Shown: one piece after another, positions 17,794 through 27,710 of the stretch
Layout of the letters: every line of letters begins with the position of its first letter
Numbering within the stretch: the first letter of the stretch is position 1
NCBI RefSeq assembly: GCF_036323395.1
Contig: NZ_AP028907.1
Coordinates: 2,100,001 to 2,132,000, forward strand
DNA length: 32,000 nt
Origin: Pyrodictium abyssi
GTDB taxonomy: Archaea > Thermoproteota > Thermoprotei_A > Sulfolobales > Pyrodictiaceae
Direction: 5' to 3'
Made by a program: the position numbers and the translations under genes
Notes under the pieces: generated by a model
Seen by the model: the letters and a program-made list of their open reading frames with translations, nothing else
Database searches by the model: none
Told to the model about the DNA's origin: nothing

Positions 17794-18564
17794 CTAAGGC
17801 CTAACGGCGCTTCTCCGTATAGCCCAGTAAAGGATGAGCGAGTAGAGGGTTACAACGAGGATTGAGGCCAGTGCCTGCACTAAGCCAGCCTCGGTCATTA
17901 GCGCCCCCGGTGTCTCAAGCAGGAAGCTGACAATCTTGCCCCAGCTAGGGACAGTAGGGTCTGAGAGCCCCAGCATGCTGAGCATGGCCTCAGCGTTTAC
18001 AGCCATAGATGCTGCTAACCCGAGATGGCCTATCGCTGCGTCGAGTGTGCCGGGGAGCACGTAGCGTAGCAGTATATGTATATTGTCAGCTCCTAGTGCA
18101 TAGGCGGCTTCCACATATGCTTGACCGAGCATTTGCTCTACACGAGTAGATAACATCCTAAGAACCTGTGGCGCTGCGAGCATAGCTATAAATGCACCTA
18201 CCAGCACGGGCCCTGGGCGCATGAAGAGAGCCAGCATCATCGCCAGCGCTACACGCGGTAGCGGCGCGGCAGCCCCAGCTACTATGGTTACGATACTGCG
18301 CCCCAGGGGGTAGAGGGTAAGAACCCCGCCTAGAGTAATTACAGTCAGCGAGACGGCGACAGCCGAGGCGGCAGCTATGGCACTGCCGTAGCCTCCTATA
18401 GCTAGTAGGCATAATGCGTCCCTACCCACGGGATCTGTGCCTAGGGGATGCTCAGCGCTAGGCGGTTCTAGTGGCTTGGCTATAGACGTGCATTCTACCC
18501 AGAAGGAGGGCAAGAGGGGTAGCACTAACAATAAGGCCGCATAAATGAACGTTCGCAGCGTCAT
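17794..18564 (-). CDS. Peptide/nickel ABC transporter permease (DppC type)
   Basis: 256 aa; EHPLGTDPVGRDALCLLAIGGYGS near the N-terminus and EAYVEAAYALGADNIHILLRYVLPGTL, the EAA motif region. Confidence 0.9.
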   Translation of the reverse strand: MTLRTFIYAALLLVLPLLPSFWVECTSIAKPLEPPSAEHPLGTDPVGRDALCLLAIGGYGSAIAAASAVAVSLTVITLGGVLTLYPLGRSIVTIVAGAAAPLPRVALAMMLALFMRPGPVLVGAFIAMLAAPQVLRMLSTRVEQMLGQAYVEAAYALGADNIHILLRYVLPGTLDAAIGHLGLAASMAVNAEAMLSMLGLSDPTVPSWGKIVSFLLETPGALMTEAGLVQALASILVVTLYSLILYWAIRRSAVRP

Positions 18565-19481
18565 GTTAGGCTCCCCAGAGGCTGTCGTTCCATGACACGG
18601 GGGTCTAGGAGCCCCTCAAAGAGCCTTCCAAGCACATTAGAGACCACTCCTACAAACCCTATGACCGCAAAGGCAACGGTGGCTAAGGGTAAGTCTGCAT
18701 GAAGCACAGCTCTATACAGCATTAACCCTAGCCCAGGGTACCCGAGGAGAGGCTCAATAATGGCGGAGCGCTCAAAGACCATGGCCAGGTGTACTGCGGT
18801 ATATGCGGCCATGGGAGCAGCAGCTATCTTCATGATGTGTAGTCGTATTTGTGCCTCTCTGAAACCCATAGCTCGGAGCACCTCGACGTAGCCTTGGTGC
18901 TCGTAGAGAATAGTCTCGACAACTCCTTCAAGCATGTGGAGTATCCTGGGCCACGATACAACCAGCACCAACAGCGTATAGACTGTCATCTTGTCAAGGC
19001 AGGTGCACACCCGGGGTGGAGGCCAGCCAAAGTACCAGGAGGTGAGGCCAAAGACCACGGCATACACGAAGCTGGGCACGAAGGCGAGGAACCGGATATA
19101 TCCAGGCACGTGGAACCCATAGATAAGACTCCACGCGATAGCCAGCAGAACGGCGCCAGCCACGCCAAGGAGCACAGGAACAAGCGTATATGGTAACGCC
19201 TTTACAGCTAAGTCTGTAGCTGGTATACCATACTTTATACTAGGCGGAGCGTTGCCGCATAGCAGGAAGCAGAGAAAAGCAAAGTACCCAGTAACAAGCC
19301 CCTTGCCGAGCCCATAGAGGCTCTCCAGCTTCTCCTTTGCTACAGGATCTAGAGCAGCTTCGGCACCAAGTCCAGCAAATGGATCGCCAAGGCCAAGCCG
19401 GGCAATAGTATACGTGACGGCAGTTACCAGCAAGGTGCTAGTCACGAAAAACAATACGGCCATTCTCAGTATTCTAGGCAA
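18561..19481 (-). CDS. Peptide/nickel ABC transporter permease (DppB type)
   Basis: 306 aa; GYVEVLRAMGFREAQIRLHIMKIAAAPM...HLAMVFERSAIIEPLLGYPGLGLMLYRAVLHADLPL. Overlaps the DppC-type gene by 4 nt. Confidence 0.9.
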   Translation of the reverse strand: MPRILRMAVLFFVTSTLLVTAVTYTIARLGLGDPFAGLGAEAALDPVAKEKLESLYGLGKGLVTGYFAFLCFLLCGNAPPSIKYGIPATDLAVKALPYTLVPVLLGVAGAVLLAIAWSLIYGFHVPGYIRFLAFVPSFVYAVVFGLTSWYFGWPPPRVCTCLDKMTVYTLLVLVVSWPRILHMLEGVVETILYEHQGYVEVLRAMGFREAQIRLHIMKIAAAPMAAYTAVHLAMVFERSAIIEPLLGYPGLGLMLYRAVLHADLPLATVAFAVIGFVGVVSNVLGRLFEGLLDPRVMERQPLGSLT

Positions 19482-19677
19482 TTAACCCGACCCCCATAGA
19501 CGTCGTTAATGCGCTATGCGGGGCAGAGGCAAACGCATCGCACCCTTGAAGTCTAGTTGGGTCTTGCAGCCTGCGTGGAGTCCAGCACCATTGAGCTTGG
19601 TGCGCTGGGTTACGGGCCAGGAACACTAGCAAAAGGGGGCTGGCTCTCCGAGTTGGCTCACAGAGAGGTCCTGGGTA

Positions 19678-21483
19678 CTAGTCCCGTCTCTCCAGCAATG
19701 CTAGCTTATTGTATGGCAAAGGTATGCCTCCATCTATGCCGCCGGCGGTGAAGAACCAGTCGGGTGAGCCAGGCCTACTCACTACGTATATGTACGGGTA
19801 GTAGAGCGCTATGCGCGGCAACTGTTCAGCTATAACCCTTTGTAGCTCGTTAGCCGCTCTGCGGGCCTCCTCAACGCTCTGAGCCGATAGCAGCTGGTCT
19901 ACAAGCCTCTTGTATGTCTCGTTCACCCAGGGTGTACCAAACCTTCCAGTAAAGTACCATGCGAACGCCGTGGGTGTATTACCTACAGCACCGTGGCCAT
20001 TAATCTGTAGATCGTACATCTCTCTAGACACTATAGCGTCAAGCTCGCTATATGAGGCGACAGCTTTTACGTCTACACAGAGGCCTACGCGTGCAAGCTG
20101 CTCCTTAACAATAGTGGCCTCTTGCACGTAGCTGCGGAGTGTCACAATCCTAAGCCTCAACGGTTTACCGTCCGGGGCCTCACGGTAGCCGTCACCGTTG
20201 CTATCTATTATGCCTAGTCTATCCAACAACTCCTTGGCCATGGCAGGGTCATACGGGTAGCGGGGTACGTTAGGGTTGTAGAACCAACTGTATGGAGGTA
20301 TATAGCCGGGGCTCCCGGGCAGGGCTGCATCAAGGCTCCCCACGGCCTTCATAACGAGCTCTGTTAGGTTAAGCGCGTAGGCCACAGCGCGGCGGAAGAC
20401 TGTGGAGTTTGTGGGCCAGCGTTTGTGGTTGAAGTCGAGGTAGAGAACCCAGTACATGGGCCCCTTCTCAACCTTTAGCCCCTTTACCCTACCTTGTAAC
20501 TGCTTTACCAGTCGCCACGCCTTACCCACGAATACTGCTGTATCGGCTTCACCGCTTAACAGTGCCTCAGCTGCTCTTTGGGGGCTGAAAAGCCCCGAAG
20601 CCAGGATGACTATCTCATCGTAGGCCGGCCTACCAGCCCAATAGTCTTGGAATGCGTCTAACACGTAGGCCTTTTCGGGCTGGTAGCTCTTGAGCTTATA
20701 GGGTCCAGAGCCTATGAGAGCGTCGGCTCCCTTGTAGCTGTAGGGGTCTGCTACCCTTGACCACACGTGTCTAGGCAGTATGAATATTGTTGATGCGTAG
20801 TCTTCTAAGAAGAATATATAGGGCTTCTTAAGCCTTATTATAACAGTGTAATTGTCTGGCGCTTCAACGTCTTCTATAAGGTCTGGGTTTATGTTCTTCC
20901 AGTGCCAGCCATGCTTGAGCATATACTTTATAGTGAACACTACATCATCTGCTGTTAACTCTGCACCGTCATGCCAGTAAGTGCCTCGGCGTAGATGGAA
21001 TATCCATGTCGTGCCGTTCTCCTTCGCCTCCCAGCCCTCGGCGAGCCATGGAATTGTAGCGTTTTCATTCTTCCAGACCAGTGTGTCAAAGAGAAAACTC
21101 GTTATCACGTAGCCAGGGCCTCGTGGATAAAAGCTGTAAGGCGATGGTTGCCCCCAGTCACCGAGTGCTATCACAAGCCTTCTCCTCTCCTTGCCTGCAC
21201 TGAGGACCGGAACGCTACTAGACTGAAGAGTCTTGTCCGTGGTCTGTACAGTAGGAGGGATAGTATCGTGCAGCCCAGCGTCCGGGGCCTTGCCATAGCT
21301 ACTATTTTGTGTATAGAATATAGTGATGGCGGTGATGATTGTGATTATTAATATAGCACCCATGCTCATGAGGGCGAGGCTACGCCTCACCCTATGTGCA
21401 CCCAGTATTTTGGAAAGGTGTACAAAGAGGGTATTTAAGTACTGTGCGAAAGCATCTGACAGTTTTACCGACAACAACGGCAC
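19678..21483 (-). CDS. Extracellular solute-binding protein, family 5 (peptide ABC transporter)
   Basis: 601 aa; N-terminal TM/signal, then LAEGWEAKENGTTWIFHLRRGTYWHDGAELTADDVVFTIKYML and RRAVAYALNLTELVMKAV, family 5 SBP motifs. Confidence 0.93.
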   Translation of the reverse strand: MPLLSVKLSDAFAQYLNTLFVHLSKILGAHRVRRSLALMSMGAILIITIITAITIFYTQNSSYGKAPDAGLHDTIPPTVQTTDKTLQSSSVPVLSAGKERRRLVIALGDWGQPSPYSFYPRGPGYVITSFLFDTLVWKNENATIPWLAEGWEAKENGTTWIFHLRRGTYWHDGAELTADDVVFTIKYMLKHGWHWKNINPDLIEDVEAPDNYTVIIRLKKPYIFFLEDYASTIFILPRHVWSRVADPYSYKGADALIGSGPYKLKSYQPEKAYVLDAFQDYWAGRPAYDEIVILASGLFSPQRAAEALLSGEADTAVFVGKAWRLVKQLQGRVKGLKVEKGPMYWVLYLDFNHKRWPTNSTVFRRAVAYALNLTELVMKAVGSLDAALPGSPGYIPPYSWFYNPNVPRYPYDPAMAKELLDRLGIIDSNGDGYREAPDGKPLRLRIVTLRSYVQEATIVKEQLARVGLCVDVKAVASYSELDAIVSREMYDLQINGHGAVGNTPTAFAWYFTGRFGTPWVNETYKRLVDQLLSAQSVEEARRAANELQRVIAEQLPRIALYYPYIYVVSRPGSPDWFFTAGGIDGGIPLPYNKLALLERRD

Positions 21484-21525
21484 ATGTCATATACATACTA
21501 TTAATTCCGAATATCTTTAAAATTT

Positions 21526-21542
21526 GTATGAATTATTCATAC
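21526..21542. promoter_or_regulatory. 17-bp palindrome upstream of the binding-protein gene
   Basis: GTATGAATTATTCATAC, 7-bp arms around TTA; just upstream on the minus strand of the TATA-like TTTTAAAGATA. Confidence 0.4.
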
Positions 21543-21637
21543 TATTTGTACTATATTAAGATATGTGTAACTACGTGTTATTGTATGCTGCGCCGCTGTG
21601 TTAATCCAGGCCCTCGTTAACGCCCGGAAAAGTTCGG

Positions 21638-22828
21638 GTGCAACATGGGATATTGCATACGGTGGGACACATGGCCGGTCTAGGGGAGCGCATAAGAGGT
21701 ATGAGTGTAGCATGGTTTTCCTTCAACCTGGCTACGTCCGCTATAGTCCTGGCTAGCCACGCGCTCGGCAGCGCAGCTGGGATAGACGCGCTGCACAGCC
21801 TGGCGCGCGCACTGGCCTACATAAACACGGCGATATACTTCATCATAGCGGCGGCTTTCCTGGCCAAGACTGTTATAGCTGGGAGGGAGGTCTTGCTCGC
21901 GCTACGACACCCGGTAAAGGGCCCGTTCATGACAGCGATAAGCATCTCTACGATGCTACTAGCGCTCGACTGGGGCGCGGTCCTAGGCAACCCGGGGGTC
22001 GGTGCCGCGTTCTTCTACGCTGGCATGGTGCTTCACACGCTGCTCTTCATAGTGATTATCTACAACTTCCTCATGCACGAGGGCATAGAGATACACAGCA
22101 TGAACCCAGGCTGGTACATGCCAGCAGTAGGCAACGTGCTGGTACCATACGTCGGTGGGCTCCTAGAAGCCAAGGGGGTAGCGATACCGCATAGCCTGCT
22201 AGGAGTCTACCTGGGCACCGGCGTCGTGTTCTGGCTAGCACTGTTCACCATCTGGCTCTATAGGAGCGTATTCCACAACCCACCGCCAGCAAGGCTGCTA
22301 GCAGCCACATGGATCAACCTAGCGCCGCCAGCAGTAGCCCCGATGTCCTACGAGGCGCTGCTAGGCCTCATGCCGCACCAGTACCACGAAGCTCTAGGCA
22401 GGCTAACACACGAGGCACCAACCGTAGCTGGCTACCTCGGGGCGTTCTTTGACATGTTCTACTACACGTTCTGGGGGCTCGCCGGGCTCCTCCTACCCCT
22501 CATACTAGCGGTGACGGTAACTTACCTACGGCGCGGCATGATGGAGTTCGCGGAGAGCTGGTGGGCTTTTGTCTTCCCGATAGCGGCGTACAGCATATCG
22601 ACGATACACCTCTACCTCCACCACACCGGGGAGAGCTGGCTGCTCTATTACGCTGGCTTCCTCTACGCGCTGACATGGCTATTCTACAGCGTGACTACCG
22701 TGCTAAGCGTCTACTACGGCTACAGGGAGTGGTTCGGCCACACGCCGAGGGAAAAGATGCCTACGCTTGCTAAGCCGCTCTACGAGGACGTGGTATCCGA
22801 GGAGCACGGCGGCGAGGATAAACGGTAG
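21638..22828 (+). CDS. TDT/SLAC1-family transporter (tellurite-resistance/dicarboxylate type)
   Basis: 396 aa, about 10 TM segments, with NPGWYMPAVGNVLVPYVGG as in the TehA/SLAC1 fold. Substrate not inferable. Confidence 0.75.
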   Translation: MQHGILHTVGHMAGLGERIRGMSVAWFSFNLATSAIVLASHALGSAAGIDALHSLARALAYINTAIYFIIAAAFLAKTVIAGREVLLALRHPVKGPFMTAISISTMLLALDWGAVLGNPGVGAAFFYAGMVLHTLLFIVIIYNFLMHEGIEIHSMNPGWYMPAVGNVLVPYVGGLLEAKGVAIPHSLLGVYLGTGVVFWLALFTIWLYRSVFHNPPPARLLAATWINLAPPAVAPMSYEALLGLMPHQYHEALGRLTHEAPTVAGYLGAFFDMFYYTFWGLAGLLLPLILAVTVTYLRRGMMEFAESWWAFVFPIAAYSISTIHLYLHHTGESWLLYYAGFLYALTWLFYSVTTVLSVYYGYREWFGHTPREKMPTLAKPLYEDVVSEEHGGEDKR

Positions 22829-22915
22829 GGGGCCCTGTAAGGAAGCGCTATTTTTGCCCACCTAGAGCCCGCCTTCCAGGAGCAGCCTCCATGTCAATGA
22901 CACCGGGGCACAGCC

Positions 22916-24079
22916 ATGGAGCCTCTGAGATGGTACGATAGGGGCCTGCTAGAGGAGCTAGAACGCGTCTACGGCCCCCGGGGGCTGCCCGCCCTCCTAG
23001 AGTCGCTCATGATGCCCCCGGCTCGCTACTACTTCCGCGTCAACAGGCTCCGTGTCGACCCGGGCGAGCTCCTGGACGAGATGCGGGAGGAGGGCCTAAG
23101 GGTCTACATGGACGAGCTGCTCGAGGAGGCCCTCTGGCTCCCCGTGGAGGGGCCCCGGAGGCTCCGCGACCCCGGCTGCCGGGTCGTGGTGGACAAGCGG
23201 ACGGCCGAGAGCGTCATGATGGGGGCCCACGTCTACGCGCCTGGCGTGGTCCGGGTCGAGGACTGCGTGGCCCCGGGCAGGGAGGTGCTAGTAGTCTCGG
23301 AGAACGGCGTCCCTGTAGCGGTCGGCGTGGCTGCGCCGTTGTTCCGGGATGCGCTGCGCGCCCGCCGGGGCCTCGTGGTGGAGGTCGTGGAGCCCCTCTA
23401 CCGGGTGCCGAGCCTACGCGAGACCAGGTGGAGCCGCCAGGGGATGATCTACGAGCAGGGCCTATCCTCTATGCACGTGGCCCACGTGCTGGCCCCGGAG
23501 CCCGGCTCCGTGGTAGTAGACATGTGCGCGGCGCCGGGCGGGAAGACCAGCCACGTCTACGAGCTCGTCGGGGGCCGGGCCCGCGTGATAGCGGTAGACC
23601 ACTCAAGGAGGAAGACGGAGCGGCTCCGCGCGGAGCTGGAGAGGCTCGGCCACCGCGGCGTAGAGGTGCTGCAGGCCGACTCTAGGTACCTCGACCGGAG
23701 GCTCGGCGAGGGCGTAGTAGACTACGTGGTCCTCGACCCGCCGTGCAGCAGCCTCGGAGTCATACCGAAGATACGGGACCGCAAGACGCTGAGAGACGTG
23801 GAGATAAACGCCAGGTACCAGCGCCAGTTCCTCCGCGCAGCCTACCGGCTCCTCCGCCCGGGCGGAGTCCTAGCCTACTCCACCTGCACCATGACCCTGA
23901 GGGAGAACGAGGAGAACATACGCTACGCGGTAGAGAAGCTAGGCTTCCGCCTAGAAGAGGCATGGCCCCGCCGCTTCAGCCGCGGCCTAGGAGACTACGG
24001 CGCCCCGGCCATCAGGGTACACCCCAGCGTACACCGCGCCACAGGCTACTTCATAGCAAGGCTCCGCAAGCCGCCATAG
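22916..24079 (+). CDS. tRNA/rRNA cytosine-C5 methyltransferase (NOP2/NSUN/RsmB family) with PUA-like region
   Basis: 387 aa; VVDMCAAPGGKTSHVYEL, VVLDPPCSSLG (motif IV), YSTCTM (motif VI), PUA-like segment VLVVSENGVPVAVGVA. Confidence 0.92.
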   Translation: MEPLRWYDRGLLEELERVYGPRGLPALLESLMMPPARYYFRVNRLRVDPGELLDEMREEGLRVYMDELLEEALWLPVEGPRRLRDPGCRVVVDKRTAESVMMGAHVYAPGVVRVEDCVAPGREVLVVSENGVPVAVGVAAPLFRDALRARRGLVVEVVEPLYRVPSLRETRWSRQGMIYEQGLSSMHVAHVLAPEPGSVVVDMCAAPGGKTSHVYELVGGRARVIAVDHSRRKTERLRAELERLGHRGVEVLQADSRYLDRRLGEGVVDYVVLDPPCSSLGVIPKIRDRKTLRDVEINARYQRQFLRAAYRLLRPGGVLAYSTCTMTLRENEENIRYAVEKLGFRLEEAWPRRFSRGLGDYGAPAIRVHPSVHRATGYFIARLRKPP

Positions 24080-24089
24080 CCGGGGCACC

Positions 24090-24374
24090 CTACTCCTCCC
24101 CGCCGGCGAGCAGCCGGGCAAGCCTCTCAGCCAAGCCCCCGGCATGGACAAGCGTCTTAGACACGCAGCGCGCCCACTTAGCCTCCTCTCGGAGGCCCTT
24201 GCACGGCTTCACCTCGATGCAGGCCCGCCGGGCCCCGAGCCCCTCCACCTCGGCCTCGACGCAGAGCAGCCCCTGCTCCGGCTCGAAGCTGTAGCTTCGG
24301 ACCTCGACGCCACGCTCCAGCACGTCGCCCAGCAGATAGGAGAGCTCAAAACCCAGGTCCGCGACCAAGAACAT
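24090..24374 (-). CDS. Conserved-looking hypothetical protein
   Basis: 94 aa from the internal Met: MFLVADLGFELSYLLGDVLERGVEVRSYSFEPEQGLLCVEAEVEG...; the upstream part of ORF 24090..24569 is probably non-coding. Confidence 0.6.
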   Translation of the reverse strand: MFLVADLGFELSYLLGDVLERGVEVRSYSFEPEQGLLCVEAEVEGLGARRACIEVKPCKGLREEAKWARCVSKTLVHAGGLAERLARLLAGGEE

Positions 24375-24501
24375 ACACCCCGGGCGGCAGGCCCGCCTAG
24401 CCGCTAAGGGCCCGGCTCCCCGGTTAAGGCCTAGCGCAGCCCCTCTGCAGGATAGACTAGAGCGCCGGAACGCCCGGCTCGGCGGCGAGGGCCGGGAGGC
24501 T

Positions 24502-25638
24502 ATGCTCCTGCGCCGTGGCGGTCCTCTCACGGTGTTCCTCCTAGGCGCTGCCCTGGCTAGGCTGTCCATGCACCTAGCGGGCCCCTACTTCGCCGTCTAC
24601 CTTGTGGAGAACGGCCTCAGCGTAGCTCTCGTCGCCCTCTGCTTCAGCGTGAACAACGTCTCCACGTTTGCCGCGGAGTACCCGAGCGGCATCCTAGCCG
24701 ACCGGGCTGGCAGGCTCCGGGCAGCAGCGATGGGCATGCTTCTCTACGGAGCCGGTATCCTGCTGCTACTAGAGCCCAGCGCCCCCACGGCCCTCGCTTC
24801 CGCGGCTCTAACGGGCCTAGGCACGACGTTCACGTCGGGCTCGCTAGAAGCGTGGCTCGCTGACACGTACAGCGGTGCTCCCCTGAGGAGAGCCCTATCC
24901 CTGGAGAGGAGCCTAGGCTCAGCCACGGGCGCCGTGGCCGGGCTCCTAGCCTCAGCCCTAACGGCGGCAGGCACCCGGGCGCCCTTCGCAGCCTCCGCAG
25001 CCGCGGCCATGCTATCCGCGGCGCTACTGCTCGTGCCCCCGGACAACCGGGGCAGCAGCGGCAGCGGGCAGATACTCCGCCAGTCCATCAGCGTGCTGAA
25101 GGACCCCAGGTTCCTGCTACTAGCAGTCCACTACTCGCTAGTGTGGAGCGCGATACTCGCATTCTTCATCGCGTGGCCGCTGACACTAGTGGACCGAGGC
25201 CTCGACAAGGGCCTCCTCGGAGTGGTCTACACAGCCCTACTCGCGGCGATGGCTGCTGGCTCGGCGGTAGCCCAGAGGCTCCTACGCCGCCTCGACGCCC
25301 TAGGCTACCTGGCGGTGTTCAGTGCAGCAGCACTTCTCGTGTACACGTGCGTCGGGCTCACCCACGGCCTGGCGGTCACCCTCGCGCTCTTCCTCCTACT
25401 AGAGCTCATGCTAGGGGCCTACACGGTCTCGCTAGCCTACGCAAGGAACCTGGTAGTCCCCTCGGCCGTGAGAGCGTCAGCGGTATCGCTGATGAACCTT
25501 GTCGGCTCTCTGGTAGCCGCTATAGCGGCCCCGCTGATAGTTCGGCCGGACGCGATGCGAACTTACTTGACGGCGGCTGTCCTACTAGCAGCAGCCCTAG
25601 TACCAGCCCTCATGGCACGGCGGCTAGCGGAGTCGTAG
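24502..25638 (+). CDS. Major facilitator superfamily transporter
   Basis: 378 aa; LVENGLSVALVALCFSVNNVSTFAAEYPSGILADRAGRLR matches the MFS loop 2-3 motif, about 12 TM segments. Confidence 0.85.
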   Translation: MLLRRGGPLTVFLLGAALARLSMHLAGPYFAVYLVENGLSVALVALCFSVNNVSTFAAEYPSGILADRAGRLRAAAMGMLLYGAGILLLLEPSAPTALASAALTGLGTTFTSGSLEAWLADTYSGAPLRRALSLERSLGSATGAVAGLLASALTAAGTRAPFAASAAAAMLSAALLLVPPDNRGSSGSGQILRQSISVLKDPRFLLLAVHYSLVWSAILAFFIAWPLTLVDRGLDKGLLGVVYTALLAAMAAGSAVAQRLLRRLDALGYLAVFSAAALLVYTCVGLTHGLAVTLALFLLLELMLGAYTVSLAYARNLVVPSAVRASAVSLMNLVGSLVAAIAAPLIVRPDAMRTYLTAAVLLAAALVPALMARRLAES

Positions 25639-25772
25639 ACGGGGCTTCGCTGCATTACATCCTGGACGCCGGATCATAGGTTTCCCTGGCCGAGAGATGC
25701 ACTTGTTGTCCGGTATCCTTTGGCTTTATCGCCTAGGTCTTGTAACCCCGGTATACGAGGTGTCTATGGTGG

Positions 25773-25984
25773 TTGTGTGTGAGGGTTAGACGGAAGTCAA
25801 GGAGGAGCTTGAACGCGCTGGGGTCGAGGTGGGCGAGGCTGTCCCGGGGTACCTAGAGGCGCTCGCAGCCCGCGAGAGGAGGAAGAGAATGCTCATGGAG
25901 CGGAGAAGGATACTCGAGAACACAGCTCTCAGCGAGCCGGGCTTCGCCGCCGAGAGCGTAAGAAAGGACCGTGAAGGCCGATGA
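25773..25984 (+). pseudogene. VapB-like (RHH-type) antitoxin remnant with frameshift
   Basis: MCVRVRRK / VKEELERAGVEVGEAVPGYLEALAARERRKRMLMERRRILENTALSEPGFAAESVRKDREGR*, frame change near 25795. No intact PIN ORF follows on the plus strand. Confidence 0.45.
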
Positions 25985-25989
25985 TTGCT

Positions 25990-26480
25990 GCTGTTGGCGG
26001 GGTTTCCTGCCGGGCCCTGGCTGCTGTGGCGTGCATGGAGGAGGTCTAGGGCTTCTGATCGTTCCTCTATCGTAGTTCCGCCTCCACCACTTCCGTACTA
26101 CGGTGTCTAGGTCGCCGTATTCTAGGCGGTTTATTAGCGCCAGCGCGGCGTGCACAGAGTCGAAGAATGTCAGCATCCTGTGTCTTCTCCGGAGGCTTAC
26201 TGCGAGTGATGCAGTCTCTGTTGTGGCTGGGACGTAGAGGGTTTTGTATGCATTCGGATTGCCCGGTCGATCTCCATGAATAGTAGCTCTAGCTTGTCCT
26301 CCCCTAGGCCCCGCGACCTAAGGTAGAGCGACAGCTCTACAGGGGAGGCGGACGAGATGTAGAGCTGGATAAGGCCCCTTCCTGCTCTCCTCGAGGAGCT
26401 GTAGAGCCCATTCATGGCCGGGATCTCTAGGGTTCAGCGCCATGAGGAACCCTGTCTCCACGGGCACCCTTCTAGCCGCG
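25990..26480 (-). pseudogene. VapC-like PIN-domain toxin, broken by at least two frameshifts
   Basis: Three-frame read: VPVETGFLMALNPRDPGHEWALQLLEESRKG / LIQLYISSASPVELSLYLRSRGLGEDKLELLFMEIDRAIRMH / AYKTLYVPATTETASLAVSLRRRHRMLTFFDSVHAALALINRLEYGDLDTVV. Confidence 0.75.
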
Positions 26481-26491
26481 GCGTGCCACCG

Positions 26492-26776
26492 TTACGCGTG
26501 GAGCCTCTCTGCGGCCTCGCGGGCTCCAGCCCGCTCGGCTTCTTCTCGGACGGTTCTGCTGAAGCTTAGAGAGCCCAGGATATCGCCTATCACCTTGAAC
26601 GGGTCTGTAGACTTCTCCAGCACTATCCTGTCTCCATGGAGCCTAGCGACGAGCATATCGCCGGGCTTTAGGCCTAGCCGGTCTCTCAGCTCCTTTGGGA
26701 GGGTTATCCTCCCCTTCTCGTCCAGCTTAACCTCAACAGCCACGGGCCCACCAGTATATGGAGTGGGCCCCACCAC
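26492..26776 (-). CDS. SpoVT-AbrB-type antitoxin (VapB-like)
   Basis: C-terminal part of ORF 26492..27100: VEVKLDEKGRITLPKELRDRLGLKPGDMLVARLHGDRIVLEKS, classic AbrB/MazE swapped-hairpin signature. Exact start approximate. Confidence 0.8.
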   Translation of the reverse strand: MVGPTPYTGGPVAVEVKLDEKGRITLPKELRDRLGLKPGDMLVARLHGDRIVLEKSTDPFKVIGDILGSLSFSRTVREEAERAGAREAAERLHA

Positions 26777-26803
26777 TATAAGGAGGCTGGCCCTCAACCG
26801 CCA

Positions 26804-27631
26804 GTGGCATTGAAGCGCTGCGCAGCCCTCCGGGTTACCCGTTACCCTGGGCCAGCATGCGCACCGGGTATGGCCCTCTGGTATAGCCCTGTAGCCGGGG
26901 ATGTGCTCTTGGGCTGGCCGTGCTGCAGCTGGGAGGGCTTCTTCGAGGACGCGGAGAGGGTCCAGGAGGAGATATGGTCCCTCGTAGACCCGGGCGGCGT
27001 GGTCGTCGTGGACGTGGGTGTCGGCGACTCGACCCGGAGGCTCCTCGAGCAGGGCGCCACAGTGGTGGGCGTTGACCGGGATGCTGCCAGGCTCCGCCAA
27101 TTGCTACACCAGCCCGGGGCCATGGTTGTCGAGGCCGACTTCGCGTACGCGCCGCTGCGTAGGCGGTCTGCGGGCCTCGTGGTCTTCTACTTTAGCCTCC
27201 ACGAAGCCGACCCGGCTCTCCACCAGCGTATGCTGCTAGCAGCCCGGGAGACTGCTCCCAGAGTCATGGTGGTCGAGCCTTCTCCCAGCGGCTGCCCACT
27301 GTACGAGGAGTACGCGGGGCTCTGGAGGAGGGCTATGCACAGCATCGGGGGCTTCGAGGACTATATGCCTGTGGAGTACTGGAGGAGGCTCCTCGAGGAG
27401 ACGGGCTTCACCGTGATCCAGGCGAAGAGGGTGGAGTGGAGGGCATGCATACCCTACGAGGTGTTCAGAGGCATAGTCGAGGACACGGCCGAGGCGTGGG
27501 CCCGGCTCGGCGTCCCAGGGGAGTACATACGCGGGCTCTGGAGCCTACTAGACCGGGCTAAGAAAGAGGGCTTCAGATGGTCAGACATCTACGTCATCCT
27601 CGCAGAGGGCAGGGGCAGCCACGGTGGGTAG
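26804..27631 (+). CDS. Class I SAM-dependent methyltransferase
   Basis: VVVVDVGVGDSTRRLLEQGATVVGVDRDAARLRQL (motif I and post I), then YFSLHEADPALHQRMLLAARETAPRVMVVEP. Confidence 0.8.
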   Translation: MALKRCAALRVTRYPGPACAPGMALWYSPVAGDVLLGWPCCSWEGFFEDAERVQEEIWSLVDPGGVVVVDVGVGDSTRRLLEQGATVVGVDRDAARLRQLLHQPGAMVVEADFAYAPLRRRSAGLVVFYFSLHEADPALHQRMLLAARETAPRVMVVEPSPSGCPLYEEYAGLWRRAMHSIGGFEDYMPVEYWRRLLEETGFTVIQAKRVEWRACIPYEVFRGIVEDTAEAWARLGVPGEYIRGLWSLLDRAKKEGFRWSDIYVILAEGRGSHGG

Positions 27632-27687
27632 CCGCCTCCGGAGCATCTACGAGAAATGCTGTATTACTAGCGGGGGTGGCTGCAGCT

Positions 27688-27710
27688 AGCAGAGCCGGGT
27701 AGGCTCTGCT
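27688..27710. other. Perfect 9-bp hairpin downstream of the methyltransferase
   Basis: AGCAGAGCC-GGGTA-GGCTCTGCT. Confidence 0.5.

Noticed and set aside
25143-25679. Plus-strand ORF 25143..25679 overlapping the MFS gene
   Set aside because: Shifted-frame reading of the transporter, whose own frame has clear TM periodicity.
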